Assembly: GCA_038087875.1 (NCBI GenBank)
Contig: CM075988.1
Coordinates: 13,394,001-13,458,000, forward strand
From: Malacoraja senta
Taxonomy: Eukaryota
DNA: 64,000 nucleotides
Direction: 5' to 3'
The first letter of the stretch is position 1, and each line of letters opens with the position of its first letter. Of the stretch, positions 1 to 14,269 are shown one piece after another. Below the pieces are notes generated by a model. The model saw only the letters and a program-made list of their open reading frames with translations. It did no database searches and was not told the DNA's origin. The translations under genes and the position numbers were made by a program.

Positions 1-526
1 AATATAGATGATTTAGATGCTCTTATGACATGATTGTCCAAAAAAAAGAGCATTTAAATCATCTTGCGAGTGTTTTTTTCTGGAACGCGATCGAGTGGAA
101 CGTTGCATTTGCGGTGAATTTGAACCCCATATCGGCAGGAAAAACACTGCCGGTTCGTATGGTGCCCAAATCACATTTTGTAATTCAACGTAAAATTTGA
201 TTAAAGCCATCCCTAGAAGCAAGTTTATATGTAAAATAGACGACTTACCCGTTGTTTTGTCCCGTTCTTGCGATCCGTCACTTTCTAGGCGTTGAGGGCA
301 TTAGAAGTCGCTTTTTATTTTAATCAAATCATTAAATTGTCTCGCGATTAACAACAACAAAAAATCGGGAACGGAAGTCGGATCGATTTTTCTTCAGCGG
401 CTAGCAGCCCGATGAAGTCTGCCTCCGATAGGCAGGAGAAAACGTCATTTTAATCCCGCCAAAGTCGCGCACACGGCCAGTGGCAGAACTGCAGGGCTGC
501 TGAAGGTAAGTTTTGTAACATCACTA
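1..526. mobile_element. Non-autonomous DNA transposon, copy 1 (cut by window edge)
   Basis: Collinear with 45140-45661; ends in TIR-like ttttgtaacatcacta. Confidence 0.8.
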
Positions 527-1712
527 TGAAGTGTTGCCATTATTTAAGGCCACAAAAATTCTAATTCTCCATAGTTCCTGACTTTTCTGACTCCACCGAG
601 CTACATCCGAAGCCTCACAGAAATACGTTAAAATACTATGGTCAATATCAATGATGTTCATATTGAACTAAATCATACAATAGATTAATAAGAAAAAAGA
701 TATAATTTGAATCAGTTTTGAAAACTGAGTACATTTCATTTAATTGAAATCCAGACAGGGAACCAAGAAAGGTTTCACAATCTGACCACAGTCGGATTAA
801 TTACAATTAGCAAGGTATTAAAAAAAAAACAAACATATATAATGACAAATAATTCATAAAAATATATTTCTAAACATTAGCACTGCTCATCATATTTACT
901 CAGCTCTGTGCAAGAAATCATGTATAAAAATTGAATCATTCCAGTCAATTTAAAGTTTTATGATTTTACTTTAAACAGACTTATCAGAAAGAAGCTTTGG
1001 CATATTTAATCATTTAAATTACATTTGTTCTTGAAAGACCATTAATAATAGTTGGAAATATACTGGATATGTCTTGGTCTCAGAATTTGTTATTTTCTCC
1101 AAATAGTCTCAACAAGCCACAGTAAGCATTAACCTTGTGGTGGTTCAGTAATTCCATGAATTTATGGTCTTGTACGGGTAATGGGTCATTGGTCTGAATC
1201 AATGAGGTTGATGTGCTTTCAATTCACACATTCCAAAAAATGTTTTCAATCAAAAGTTAATTTTCACAAATTCAGTAAAATGCTTAACAAAGACTGCATT
1301 CATATTGGGTCTTTCAAAACCTAAAACCAATTAGAGCAATAAAATACTTTTAAAAGTTTATCCACCATTATAACACAGGAATGGGATAACACACAGAAAG
1401 CTCCCAAAAGGGCAATGTAATGGTAACCATACCAAATGCTTTAGTATTGATAGAGAAATAAGTATTGGCCAGGGGTCTGGCTGTGCCTCTCCTTCTCATC
1501 GTCAACATAAAGCTATTGGATCTTTCACACATATGAGTGTGCAGAAAAGCTTTTGCCTTAATGCCCCACCCTAGAAGACAGCATTGCACTCTCTCTTGGC
1601 TGAGTCACAACCCTGTGATTCAGAGGTTAATATATGACAAGGGTCTTTTTATTCCCCATTGAAAATAACGATTGATGTTTGCAAAGATCAAAACTGGTCC
1701 TAGTTAATTGAA

Positions 1713-1714
<2 letters not shown>

Positions 1715-1779
<65 letters not shown>
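1715..1779. repeat. (AT)n microsatellite
   Basis: Direct observation. Confidence 0.98.
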
Positions 1780-1781
<2 letters not shown>

Positions 1782-3821
1782 CCCATGTAGTTAAAGATTA
1801 TGAAATTGGTCAGGATTTAAAAAGTAACTTAAAACTATGAATCAAAATTACAATAGTGCACACACACACAGCAGTCTTTTAAAGTGCTCATGGTTCTAAA
1901 CAATTAATAATGGGGCAGTGATATTTCTAGTGATTTTTCATATTATTTGGTGAAAAATAGCTTATTTATAATCTGACCACATGTATTGTACTCACTTTGT
2001 AATCATATTCAATGTTTTTCCTGGGTGGCCACAGGTGTAAGTATCAGCTCTCCGACCTATGCACATTTGATATTTGGGTTATTGAGTGGGAAGTGCTGTC
2101 TTAAAGATTGATAGGATTGAAAGCAACAATGTTAAATGTAAAATTGATCCAATCTGATCATGTTCTTTTTCCTTATTAAGTGAAATTATTACATTAAAAA
2201 AATTATTACAATGAAATAATCATAAGAGAAGTAACACTGTTAAGGAACACATTATGTATTCTAACCTAGTTTTTCTTTCAGATGAACAATGGAAAACGTA
2301 CATCCACATGGGCCTGGAAAAATTTTAGAATTATCTACCAGTTTATTTTTAAATGTAATTGAATTATACAATGAACTTTGCTGTATAGTAGGTTATATCA
2401 TCAATCCACTATTTAATTTAATGTTGCTTGAGCTCAGGTATAAATAAGTTCCAAGTATTCCTGTGCCTCCACCATTATTTCTGTGCATGTTCTCTTTGAC
2501 AGGCTTTATCTCTATTAACAGTGATATCAATGATAATGAAGATTATTACTTTTTTAACCATTTGGCAAATTTAATGTGACTATTGTTTGTAAATTTAAAA
2601 AAAGAATTCCAAAGTAATTTATTCAATATAAGATATTCCTCGTTTGTTTCATGTTTTGGTTTTGTTGCCTATTATAGAATCATAGGATCATGTGGCATAG
2701 AAGCCAGTTGGCCCATTATACCTGATCCTTCTTCAAAGAAGTTAACTAAATAGATCCTCTCCCTGCTCTTCATCCATAGCCTAGAGTTTATTAATTTTCA
2801 ATAATTTTAAAGCATGAATTAGTCATTGCTTATGCACACTGTAAAAGGAGATGACACAAAAATACACTGTATCTATTTTACAGACTATTCATTACAAGGG
2901 GCATAATTTTACAGACTATTCATCAGAAGTAAATATGCAATATCTTTGAAAGTTTCTCTGCAGGATTTGGTAAACATTTGCTTTGTGACTGGAGATAATG
3001 TTTGGCTACAATATTCTACGGAATTGAGTTGTGAATGATGCACTTCAAAGTTTTCCATCAGTATGTTAAAATGAGCTCGGTTATCAAAATAACCCCTATG
3101 CTATAATTATGTGCACTGTAGAAAATAGATTAATTTCAGAATGCATAATTTTCATTCAAAATGGTTGGGCCAATCCTCATTATTCAGAATTTCCAAATAT
3201 TTCTGAATTGTTTAGATGGTTGCAGATTCTCCACTGAGGTCATACATGTACACTACTTTCATTTTGTTATGGTATTAGAACTAACCTTTTTATAAAAACT
3301 TCTGGCAGGTTGAAATTATCACCTCTTAGAACTTTGAACCAAGATTACATAACTGGGAGTGGCAGGGTTGAAACCACTAACATATGTTGGTTCCCAAACT
3401 AATTTCTCACTCACAAGAAATTACCAGCTCAAAGGTTGCAAACATCAGTTTAATCCTGGTGAAAACAAAATTGAGGAGGATTATAAAATGTGAACTCCCA
3501 CCAAGATTAAGTTTGGACAAATTTAAATGGTAAATTTGAATCTGATTTAACTGTGTTTAGATATTCAGATATTTCATACATATTTAAAATTTCAAAGAAA
3601 TACACTTAAAAATATTTTTAGAAATAATTTCAATAGTTTCACTTTCACCATCTTCATGCAGACTGCAGAGACTCCATCATTTGTCATTGATTGCTCTATG
3701 ACATGACAAATACAATTGCAATATTTAAAAATAAAATAAACTTAAAGAGTGTAATTAGCATGACATTATAAGTCTTTCAGTATTTATCCATAAATATATA
3801 ATGTTTAAATATTTCTTGTCA

Positions 3822-4034
3822 TCAGGTCACATGCATTGCTTTAAAGGCTGCCACAATTTGCTTCTCCTTTTCATGTCGTTCTTGCAGCATCTCAAGCATT
3901 GTATTTTCAGATGGGCCCAGTTGTACACATTGATCATGTTTTGTTAATTTATTCTGATCTTGCAACTCATTGGGCATCTTGGAATTAGCTGGAACTGGTT
4001 TTGGTTTTGGAATAGTTTTAGCATATTCTATTGC
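3822..4034 (-). CDS. JHY: JHY terminal coding exon
   Basis: AIEYAKTIPKPKP...LEMLQERHEKEKQIVAAFKAMHVT* matches human ALEYAKTIPKPKP...[24 protein letters not shown]; TGA at 3824-3822. Confidence 0.95.
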   Translation of the reverse strand, partial: AIEYAKTIPKPKPVPANSKMPNELQDQNKLTKHDQCVQLGPSENTMLEMLQERHEKEKQIVAAFKAMHVT

Positions 4035-4942
4035 CTAGGATTGTGTGAGGGAAACAAAGAAAAAGTTCATTTTAATGTACAATATGACTCGTTGTACTCT
4101 GATATCAATTCAATGTATATTTTTATCTGCTTTGTTAATCTTAAAATTCATTTCTCTGGAATGAAACACAATGATGACCATTCTCAAGTCATTTAGCATA
4201 ATTCAGAAAAATTAGCAGTGTTTCTAATGTGATCGGTCACTCTTGCACCCTTGATGAGATTTCCAAATCAGCATCTGATGATGTAATTCACCAGTCCTGT
4301 TAGAACAACACATGAAAGTTTGGCCAATTTATTCTCTGGATACCCATTAATGGACACTCCTGTAACAAAACTTTCTTCAAACTGCAAAGATGAACTGGAA
4401 GTATTTTTCATTCAGTCCCCACAATGCCCCTTCTCCAATCCCTACTGAGACTGTAACATTCCTAAAACTGCCGATTTCCAGGTAGCTCCTTGAAATATTG
4501 AGCTTAGAATTTCTATCAACCCTTCAATATTCTCAGATTTTGTGAACACCAATCTCCTTATCTTTGCTGTTAATCCCAACACCTCCCATCCAAATAAACT
4601 GAAGAAATCCGTCATGCTCTGCATCCCTATCTTTGCCCCACCACCCAATCTAACCTCAACACCATCTGTTGGCCTCTGATTGCCAATGAACATAACAATC
4701 AGTTGGTTTCTGATCAAAATTATTCTACACATTCCAATTACCTGCACTAGGATTTCCAAAAAGAATATATTTAATGCAACAAATCAGTCTGACAGTATTT
4801 GACATCTGCCTGAACATATCACTATCCACTAATGTTTGAAATATTACCTGAAATCCCTCAAATTACTGGTTGATTGTAAAACATTCCTTCAATTTTTCGT
4901 CATTACCTATACAACATGAACTAAATTTAATTTGAAACACAC

Positions 4943-5083
4943 CACTTTCCGGCTTGAAGTAATATTTTTGTTTTCAGTGCTTGCTGATTGGTTCGGCGGG
5001 GAGGTAGATGATTGGCATCCGCCTTTCAGGTTCTGTTCGTTAACTTGCTTTGCATATTCCATTTGTCGTTTCATTTTCTCTGC
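4943..5083 (-). CDS. JHY: JHY coding exon 7
   Basis: AEKMKRQMEYAKQVNEQNLK resembles human QKLIQQKEYAKQVKEYNMK; donor GTG|GTGTGT (alternative in-frame donor would end at 4946). Confidence 0.88.
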
Positions 5084-5773
5084 CTGAACATATAAACACA
5101 CAAATAAACATTGGGCATAGGAAAGAAAGGAAAATAAAAACTGTTTTGAATTGAAGTAATGAAAGTAAAATGGAAGGAATTTGTTTGACTATTCTGTTCT
5201 CACCGCAGGCAGTCCCATAATGTTGGATGTATTGTACCAAGTTTTCAGCACTGCCGGGTACAGAATACTATGCAATGAATCGAGTCCATAACAGCAGTTT
5301 GCAACATCAGACTCTAGTCAGAAGTTGTAGGAATCAACAACCGGTCACTGGGTGAGGGAGAAAATTTGGATGTTGATTTGGCTGTAGGGATGGTTGCCAG
5401 CATAGGGGCGGGTGTTGGCTTGATTCGTGGAAGGCAATCAGGTGGAATGAAGGGGGAATTCTGGTTGGAAATTAATGCTGATGGAAGTGGGCCAAGAAAT
5501 ACACCCAAGTCAAAAGAAATCCAAAAAAACATACTGGGCTCTATCTGTTTTATTCTAGGAGGTCTGACCTGGCAGAAAAATATTATTGTTGCTTTCCTAC
5601 TCAAGGCAAAGGTAACATGGTAGTTTGGAGTCTAATTAAATCCACCAACCTCCAAATTTCATGATTATTTCACCAATGTGGGTTATTCTGGTGTTTAACA
5701 AGTGGCTTGACTCTTGTTCCATTTTAACAAACCCCCTGCCATTGTCATATGGAGAAAATCTGAAAACACTTGC

Positions 5774-5860
5774 TTTGTCCTGAGAAGATGTATAGTCAGG
5801 TCCCAAGCCTCCAAGTTTCACGTCCTGTTTTAGGTCCTTGTTGTCGTGGATTGTATAAGG
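5774..5860 (-). CDS. JHY: JHY coding exon 6
   Basis: KQDVKLGGLGPDY matches human KRDVKLGGLGPDF; acceptor ttcccacag|; donor ambiguous (GC at 5773 or GT at 5769, see findings). Confidence 0.9.
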
Positions 5861-6458
5861 CTGTGGGAAAAAACAAATAGAATAAAGATCAACATATTTT
5901 GACCTGTAATGGAGAAAACACTCCAATCTATAAAGTGAAGAAAAAAACAGTTTAGGAAAAGAATCAGAATCATCATCAAAGGGATGTAAAGAGAGAATTG
6001 AAAGTATTTGGGGGAAGGGGATGGTGAATTGAGGCAAAGTGATACAAAGGTAAATTGCTTAAAGAATTGGGTTTAGTAGCCAAGATGTGCTGCAAATGCT
6101 CAACAAGTTGCACTACATCTGGGAGAGAGAAAAAAGGTTAACGTTTCACATAAATTATTCTTCATTGGTTTCTTTCTTTCTCTGGAGATGTTGGCTGACT
6201 TACTAAGCTCCAAGTACTTTTATTTTATTGCAGATTTGTAGTATCTGCATTTTTTCTTTTGCCTTATCAATTAGTAACCAAGAAACTGGGAAGGATGTGA
6301 GGCTGGAGGAAGGGATAAATAAAGCTGCTGTTGGGTAAGGCTGTGTAAGGAGCTGAGCATAAGGGCATTGATTTTAACTTTTGAGTTTTACCTAAAGTTT
6401 TGTTTCTGAATAGAGCAAAAGTTTAACAAAAGTTGTGAACAGTTTGTTAAAAGACAAA

Positions 6459-6760
6459 GGGGCGGCATGGCGATGTAGCGGTAGAGCTTCATATTGCCAG
6501 AGATCCGGGTTCGATCCTGACCACGGGTGCTTGTCTGTACAGAGTTTGTACATTCTCCCCGTGTCCTGCATGGGTTTTCTCCAAGATCTTCGGTTTCCTC
6601 CCACACTCCAAAGATGTAAAGTTTTGGAGGTTAATTGACTTGGTATAAAAATTTAAATTGTTCTTAGTGTGTGTGGGATGGTGTTATTGTGAGGGGATCG
6701 CTGATCGGTGCGCCAAAGAGGCTTTTTCTGCGCTGTATCTCTAAACTACACTAAACTAAA
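6459..6760 (+). mobile_element. tRNA-derived V-SINE/HE1-like SINE
   Basis: B box GGGTTCGATCC ~6507, V-domain-like gttttctcc...ggtttcctcccacactccaaag, CR1-like 3' end with (TAAAC)n. Confidence 0.85.
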
Positions 6761-8224
6761 GAATTTGTCAAGGTATTTTCTTTACAGGTTGCTCTGGGGC
6801 ACAACATATAACTTTAAAAAAATTATTCGGTTATAATAGAAATAGGAAAGTATTTTTTTCTTGTTACCGGTCTCTCAAATACAATCTATGTTATAGCATT
6901 ACCGTCACTTTATATCTAGAACTAGTTGAAGATCATATTGATCATCTCATAAGGCATTAGGAAAACCACAATACATTTTAAAAGGATTTAAACCTCAGAG
7001 GTTTAGAACCAAACTAAATTATCTCAGAAAAGTGATGTTTTGAGCTACTGTTCACCTAGGTGACTAAATTACATTCCATGATAAAGGAATTCCTAATTTT
7101 ACCTGAAGGGGAAAAGAGCACAAGAATCAAGTACTATGCTCACCAACCTTTTCTACAGGATGGTGTGATTTATTTTAAGTTCTTGCAATTTGGGATTGAG
7201 AATATCAGCCAATCATTTTCAAAATTTGGTGGCCAGCAAAGTGGGATCTTTGACTGCGTTAAGCAAGAAAATGTGAAATGTTAACTTGATGGGGGTGTGA
7301 TGCTACATTTGCTACTGGTGTAAATTTTGAGCTGGTGGAGCAGGTTCCTGGACAGACATCAGCTTCTGGGATAAGTATCAGAGCAAGAGTCAGTTCTGTG
7401 AAATGTCTGCCCATACTTGCATTGCACCATTTAATAACAAGATTACACCATTTTCTTGAGTAAAGAAATACCTAAGGAGCATGGGACTGACAGAATTAGT
7501 AGATACAAAGAGAAACAATTATTACAGCACAGGGGGAATGAATGAATCAGACAGATCTGTGCTTTGGTCAGTGCTTAATCCTCAAAGCCAGTCGACAGGG
7601 CAAGCAGCCGAAAACAACCAGATCAAAAATGAAAGCCGTATTACCCAAATTTATCATGTCTGTTTCTGAGCTTTCCGCTAACATTTTAAGAGTCTGTTTG
7701 GTCATGCTTTTGTTAATCACGTTAACTATTTGTTGCTTTGGTATATGTTCACTGGTGTATTTCAATCCTTAATCAACATTACGAATATCCTTTTTAATAA
7801 GAAAGTGAAGAAGTAAAATTGAACACTAATTAGCTTCCAAGAGCAAAATGTATAGACTCACATAAGTCACAGTTATTGGGAATTTGAGAGATACACACAA
7901 AGCATGGTGGATTTAATTTTGTCTAACATTTCTTAAACATTGGTGTAATGATAATATTTGTTTGTTAACATTGTGTATTAAAATGTTGACACAGATAAAA
8001 ACTTTTAACATAAATTTCACAGTGGTCAATGCAAATTATTTTTTAACAAAGCTACAAATAATGAGCACTGCAGCTTAGAAAGTGACTATCTACAGGTAAG
8101 GTGTTCAGTTTTATAAGTGTTAAATGTTTGGTGTTACCTTATACTTTTTATTGTTATTTAATTGGACTCCCATCAGTGCCCAATTGAAATGCTGAATTGG
8201 TTTAAGTTCTACTTTCTCATCCAC

Positions 8225-8430
8225 TCCCTACACGCTAGGGGAAATTTTGAGAGTCCAATTAGCCTACAAGCCCACACATTTTAGGGATGTGGGAGGAAAC
8301 CAGAGCTCCTGGAGGAAACCCATGGTCAAAGGGAGAATGTGCAAATTCCACACAGACAGCACCAAAGGTCAGGATCGAACCTGGGTCCCTGGTACTGCGA
8401 GGCAGCAGCTCTACCAGCTGTGCCACCCGT
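8225..8430 (-). mobile_element. V-SINE/HE1-like SINE, partial
   Basis: Reverse complement of the same SINE head and core. Confidence 0.75.
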
Positions 8431-8679
8431 TGCTGATAGTTCGTTGTGCTTTTTGGTATATTTCTTGATTTTTACGCATTTACTGTACGATACCTGAATG
8501 ACGTTTTTAAATCTTAAGGAGAGTTCAAGGTCAAGAAATCTTAAATGAAGCAGGTTGCTCAAAATGGGGAAGCATAGCACAGCACAGCAATAGGCCCTAC
8601 AGCCCACAATATCTGTACTGAACATGATGCCAAGACCAACTCTTATCTGCCTGCACATAATTCATATCCCTCCATTCCT

Positions 8680-8682
<3 letters not shown>

Positions 8683-8722
<40 letters not shown>
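8683..8722. repeat. (AT)n microsatellite
   Basis: Direct observation. Confidence 0.98.
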
Positions 8723-8725
<3 letters not shown>

Positions 8726-9324
8726 TACCTAAACATCTCTTAAATGCCACTTTCATATCTGCATTTCTAACATTTTTATATCTAGCTAAAAGCAGAAGAC
8801 TAATGGGGAAATGTGGAAGAACACCTGGAGCACCCATGACAGTAAGATCAGCTGGAAAGAAGTAAGCTTACATGAATCTTTACATCCCAAGCAGAATTTG
8901 CAGACTCAGGATAACATAGCTAAGTTTCTCTGAGGAGCAATACATAAGGAGCTACACAAAGTTACAAGGCATTCAATCCATGGTCAATGCACTGTTGCTC
9001 ACAGGTAAAATCAATATTGTCCTCATCTTTGACTCCAGCATCTTCTTAGGTGCAAAGAGAACCTATCAGTGATATCTATTAGTCTGCAATTCACTGCTTT
9101 ATTGAACAGTTGGTTGCTGCCTTGCTCTTTTAAACAAAACATCTCCATCATATTTCCTCACAGGCAATTGAAAGAAGCAAGCTAAGATTTGGGGCATGCA
9201 CATTCTGCTGGAGTGTATTGATGATTTCAACTATAATTATTTTTTTCCATGTTTAATAAAATTCTCATGAGGTCTCAAGATTATTATGTAAAATGTATGA
9301 AAATGTATTCATTTCCATTTTTAC

Positions 9325-9616
9325 CTTGAAATCTTTATTTTCCTTGAGTTTATTAACTTTTTCCATTTGTGCCAAGTAGCCATCTGAGTTACAGCGCGTC
9401 ATAGATGTCGGTATTTTATTGTTTCTTCCAGTGTCCAGTTCAGAGTCACTCTCCGCCATGGGATAAATGGATGGTAGCACTAGGCAGGAATTGGGATGTG
9501 TGTGAGCCAGACGTGGAGTATCTTTATAAATGTTTTCCATTTGCTGAATGAGCCGTGTGCTTGGAGATTGAACCAAATACTGTTGTTGCGAAGTTAGAAA
9601 GGGTAGTGTAGTGAAC
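9325..9616 (-). CDS. JHY: JHY coding exon 5
   Basis: LVLPSIYPMAESDSEL...MTRCNSDGYLAQMEK resembles human TLPPILSRVESESQL...ISRSNSEGYLFQLEK; ttttccaag| acceptor, AAG|GTAAAA donor. Confidence 0.9.
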
Positions 9617-10079
9617 CTTGGAAAATAACACATAGGAAATTAAACTACTTTAATTTAACCGACTGTTATTAGCCTGCATCAATATTATAAAAATGAGAAT
9701 CATTTTGGTGGTGATACAAAATCTCTCTTTAATGTAAATGACAGTCTTCAATCCATGCTAAAATACTTCTCCTTATGTCCTCTACAACAGCCCTTTTATG
9801 CAGAATGGCTTTATCCGAATGCCTTTTGGAATTCCTAATAGACTGTGTGAGTCCCCATCTCTTAATTCTGCTTGCAACATGGATAAACAAGGGTCAGTAA
9901 GTCCAAGTGGCACAATGGAATTCATAACAAACTTCCCGATGTATTTGGAGACTGTATTCTCTGTTATAATAGTGGAAACTTGGTCTTATTTAGATGTTAC
10001 ATGGCTGAGGCAATACGTATAGAAACAGCAGACTCTACCGTTGGTTTAGATTCATTCGAATTTAACACAACACTCAAAT

Positions 10080-10697
10080 GCACCGGGTGGTGCCAGCATT
10101 GGCTGCCTCGCCAACAGTCTGTTTGTCCCTTCCTTCTCTGTTGTTTTATAGTATGTGTTAAATGTATGTTTTAGTGTTCTTTAGCTAGTTTTGTGTGGGG
10201 TGTGGGGTTGGGGGAAACTTTTTTTTAACCTCTTACCTCAACTTTTTTTCCGTATCGTATCTCCATCCGCACTGCCGTCTAACATCGAGGAGCTGGCAGC
10301 CTTTGATGGAGACCGATTACGGGAGCTCCAACCGTGGAAGCCTGCGGACTTACCATCGTGGAGCTCGCGGTCCTGGTTAGAGACCGACTTCAGGAGCTCC
10401 AGGCCGCGGGAGCTTCGACCGCCCCTACGCGGGAGCTTCGATCGCCCTGACACGGGGGCTTCGATTGTCCTGACGATGGTTCGACTGCCCCGACCGCGGG
10501 AGAAAAATGAGGAAGCAGATTAGACTTTATTGCCTTACATCACAGTGAGGAATGTGGGGAATCCACTGTGAGGTATGTTTGTGTTAACTTTTATGTAGTT
10601 GCGTGTCTTGTTGCTTTTATGGCTGTATGATAATTTGAATACCACTGTACCTTAATTGGTACACGTGACAATAAAAGACCTTTGAAACCTTTGAAAT
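10080..10697 (+). mobile_element. Non-coding retroposon with LINE-like 3' tail
   Basis: CpG-rich internal repeats cgggagcttcga; ends aataaaagacctttgaaacctttgaaa; second partial copy inverted at 10945-11175. Confidence 0.65.
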
Positions 10698-10944
10698 GTC
10701 TTCAATTGACATCTATGCCAGTTGGGCACATACACTGGGAAAATACAAGCTTTCTTCGATTGCATTGTTTGATAAATAAATATTAATTTGTAAAAAATTT
10801 GATTTGTGCTTACTGCTCCCTAATTTTACTGCATATCTTAAAACGATATTACATATAGGAAATTGATTACTTGAAGTCTGATATTTTTATTTCTCACAGT
10901 ACCCATCTCAAACTATTTAAATCCTGTGCAGAGTCAAAAATATC

Positions 10945-11175
10945 AAGGTTCAAGGTTTCAAGGTCAGTTTATTGTCACATGTACCAATTAAGGTGCAGTA
11001 AAATTCGAATTTAACATACAGCCATACTAAAAACAAAGTAACAAGACGCACAACTACATAAAAGTTAACATAAACATCCACCACAGTGGATTCCCCATGT
11101 TTCTCACTGTGATGGAAGGCAATAAAGTCCAATCTACTTCCTCTTTATTGTCCCGCGGTCGGGGCAGTCGAACCT
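10945..11175 (-). mobile_element. Partial second copy of the 10080-10697 retroposon
   Basis: Reverse complement of about 10478-10697. Confidence 0.75.
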
Positions 11176-13192
11176 CATTGTAACATGTCATTCCACCTGA
11201 ATGAATAGGTATTATTTGGCTCCTGGGCCATGAAGGACAACATCGGATGTCGACAAGCAATGAAATTGTGACCAATACCCTCCTTTAGATAGCAAAATGT
11301 GGAATTTCTCCACCACTGTGGACAAAGCGACAATTTGGGTAAAAGGAAATTTACATTGTAAATTACTGTCAAATAACAGATTGTTGTATCAAAATGTCTC
11401 ATTTAATCTCATTACCCATGGGATTCACTTTCAGTCTGAAAGCCAGAGATGAATTTCCTAATCAGAATCACTGGCTGACCTATCAATGAATAGCCCCTAT
11501 GATAAGGCATAACAACATCCTTTTCAGTCCTTGTTGCTGAATAGGAACCATCTGGCAGATGCAAACTGAGTGCCAGCAAGTTAATAGCAATAGTTGTTAA
11601 GTACACTCACACCTGTTCAAACAGCTCGCAATGTAGCCATGTAAAAACTTTCATCTCATTTTGTTGTTTCTTCAAAATATTATAGTAATCATTCTACTAA
11701 GTACTTACAAAACTGGATCTTTAAAATATTAGTTATAATTACAAAAATGAATAAATGAATACATGATTTACTTAACCTATATAATTAATTTAAAAATAAA
11801 TGGAATTTAAGTACGTCATTAATGTCTTTGAGCTTAATGTGATGTCTTTGCTTAAAGAAGCCACAAAAATTTGTGGTAACTGAACAAAACAATCAGGTAC
11901 TAGGTAATAATTAGAGACAAATTCTTTGTATCAAATAAGTTGAAAAAGCATATTAGCACTTATCAATTCTTCATTTTGCAAGGATTTCTCCCTCAACAAG
12001 GAAAAGTAAGCTCACATAAGCCATTGACATTGCTACAATGCAAAAATTAACAATGAATCTGCAGTGCTGGCCAATGGTACCATGGTATTTGCTGGATAAA
12101 TCACAAATCCTATCCAATGGCACCTATCATTGACTGATCTGAGCCGTGGTCTGAGTAAGATAGCACAAGCCTGAAAAAAGGGTCTTAACCCAAAAACTCA
12201 CATGTTCACATCCTCAAGATATGCTGCCTGATTCGCTAAGTTACTCCAGCACTTTGTGTTTTAAGCAAGATAGCAGCATCTGCAGTTTCTTGTGTCAGCA
12301 CTTGTCTGCCTTAAATGCCTCAACAATAACTTGAGCAAATATCTATTAGATCCCATGAGATGTAATTGGCAAATAAGAGGAGCTGCACAGTGATATGATG
12401 CCAATTTGTACTCTGGGGAAACCAGGAAGGATGAAATTAATTAATCTGTATCTTGAAAAATTGTAGATCTCAAGGCCACCAGACAGTGCTTGGAGAGCAG
12501 TGACATTATCGTTAGTGAAACCCATAACCCTTCGTAATTCTGAAGTCCTATTGATTGCCAGGAGAAATATACTAAACAAACTTGATATTTCCAGTGCCTG
12601 CGTTCTGCGACTATCAAATAAGAGCAGAATCCCTTGACTTTACTTCTATATTTCTTCTATATTTACCAACTGGTTGCATACAGTTGCACAGTAATTTTGT
12701 TCTTACCAAAACTGCCACCCAATAATAACCTGGATTTGTATTTTTGTGGTGACACATCACAAAATGTTTTATCAACCAAAATTTGATGCCATCATATGGC
12801 ATCAAATGTTAGGAGATAGCACGACAACGTAGGGAAATGACTAGGTTTTAAGGAGACTCTTCAAAGACCAAAATGTACTAATAGTTGCATATGATGATCA
12901 ATCTTCAGCAACACCGAGAAAATGTTCTTGGTGGGTACAACCAAAGCATTTTTTTCCTTTGACAATATACTTTATTAACCTTAAGGGATCATATTTACTC
13001 AAAACAAGTGAGTTAATATTCTGCATTAGATATCAAAGTGCCCTTTGAGTAAATACACCTTTTATGAACAATTTCTCACCATAATCAACTTTCTAATATG
13101 TTGATTTAATTAACTCCAATATGATTTTCTATCAATACTGATTCAATCAATATTTAGAAAAACTTTATTTGACAGTGTTATTTTCTGCTTAC

Positions 13193-13983
13193 CCCGAATT
13201 TCCATATTCCGTTCCAAGATGGTTATCTTCTCTTATCACCTTTTCCTGGTTCACTGAATTAGGTATTGGATTTGACCTGGTATGATTGTGAGGAACTGCT
13301 GCTAATGCTCTAGGATATGCAGCCTGAAGATAGTTAGGATTGACCATTAGATCATGATGAGCCTGTGTATAGAGTGCTTGAAAAGGGTCTTGTGCATTAC
13401 ACATGAGTTGATACTGTGCCTTTTCTGGTGCATTGAAAGCTGTTGAAAATTTTGATGGGTCATTGCTGTACTGGTTTGGATTGCGAATGATCCTTTGATA
13501 GTCTTGAAGATATGGAACAGGATTTTGGGGCTTCAGAGCATTATAAATATTGTGGGTTTTGTAATATGAAGAGCCATGGTTCATTGGGTGACGTGATGGG
13601 ACTAGCGTAACAGTTGTTTGTGCATTATCACCAGATATACTTGGGACAAAATCTGAAGAAGTATTTAAATGAATGTTGAGATTCACTGTTGGCTGACAAT
13701 TGGGAATAACAGCTGGACCAACATGACTAGATACTGATGTAAATGTATTATCACTGCCGGGAGTCATTGGAACACTGTTATCATCTCTGTGAATTATTAG
13801 CAACTCAGATGTATTTTTATTCTGATGAACCTCCACATCTTCAACATGTCGCCGCTTCTCGTCATGATGAGTTTTCTGCACTTGCTGTATAGTCAAAGGC
13901 TTATTAGGCGGTCGTGGAGGTTTTTCTCTCACTATTTTCGTTAATCCTTTTTTCTTAGTGGATAATTGTTTTGTCTTGCAGTT
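13193..13983 (-). CDS. JHY: JHY coding exon 4
   Basis: Long open frame between ttttgcag| and GG|GTAAGC; phases (0 in, 2 out) fit both neighbouring exons; sequence itself poorly conserved. Confidence 0.82.
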
Positions 13984-14269
13984 CTGCAAAAACAAAACAT
14001 AATTAGTATAAAAACACAACACTTAAATACAAAAATATTGCGGCTAAATATCACCTGTCCTTCTTCCCCGTCTGATATATGAGCAATTGGCAATTAAAAA
14101 TTAAAGGGACTGGGTACCTTAGTTGCACCAATCATTTCTAGGGTCAGCCTGATGTAATTTCTTGTCAGGCCTGCAAATGGGGAACGAGTTCATGTTAAAC
14201 AAGAAAATGTGCAAATCAAGGTCCTGTTATTGGTTGGGGGATGCTATTTCTCGATCTTCATGTGGCTTG

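Noticed and set aside
2300..3800. JHY polyadenylation signal
   Set aside because: Several AATAAA/ATTAAA candidates in AT-rich sequence; none can be chosen without transcript data
6459..6530. tRNA-like A/B boxes
   Set aside because: SINE head, not a tRNA gene; no full cloverleaf
10191..10523. Overlapping ORFs in a CpG-rich patch
   Set aside because: Inside an interspersed repeat with a second partial copy nearby
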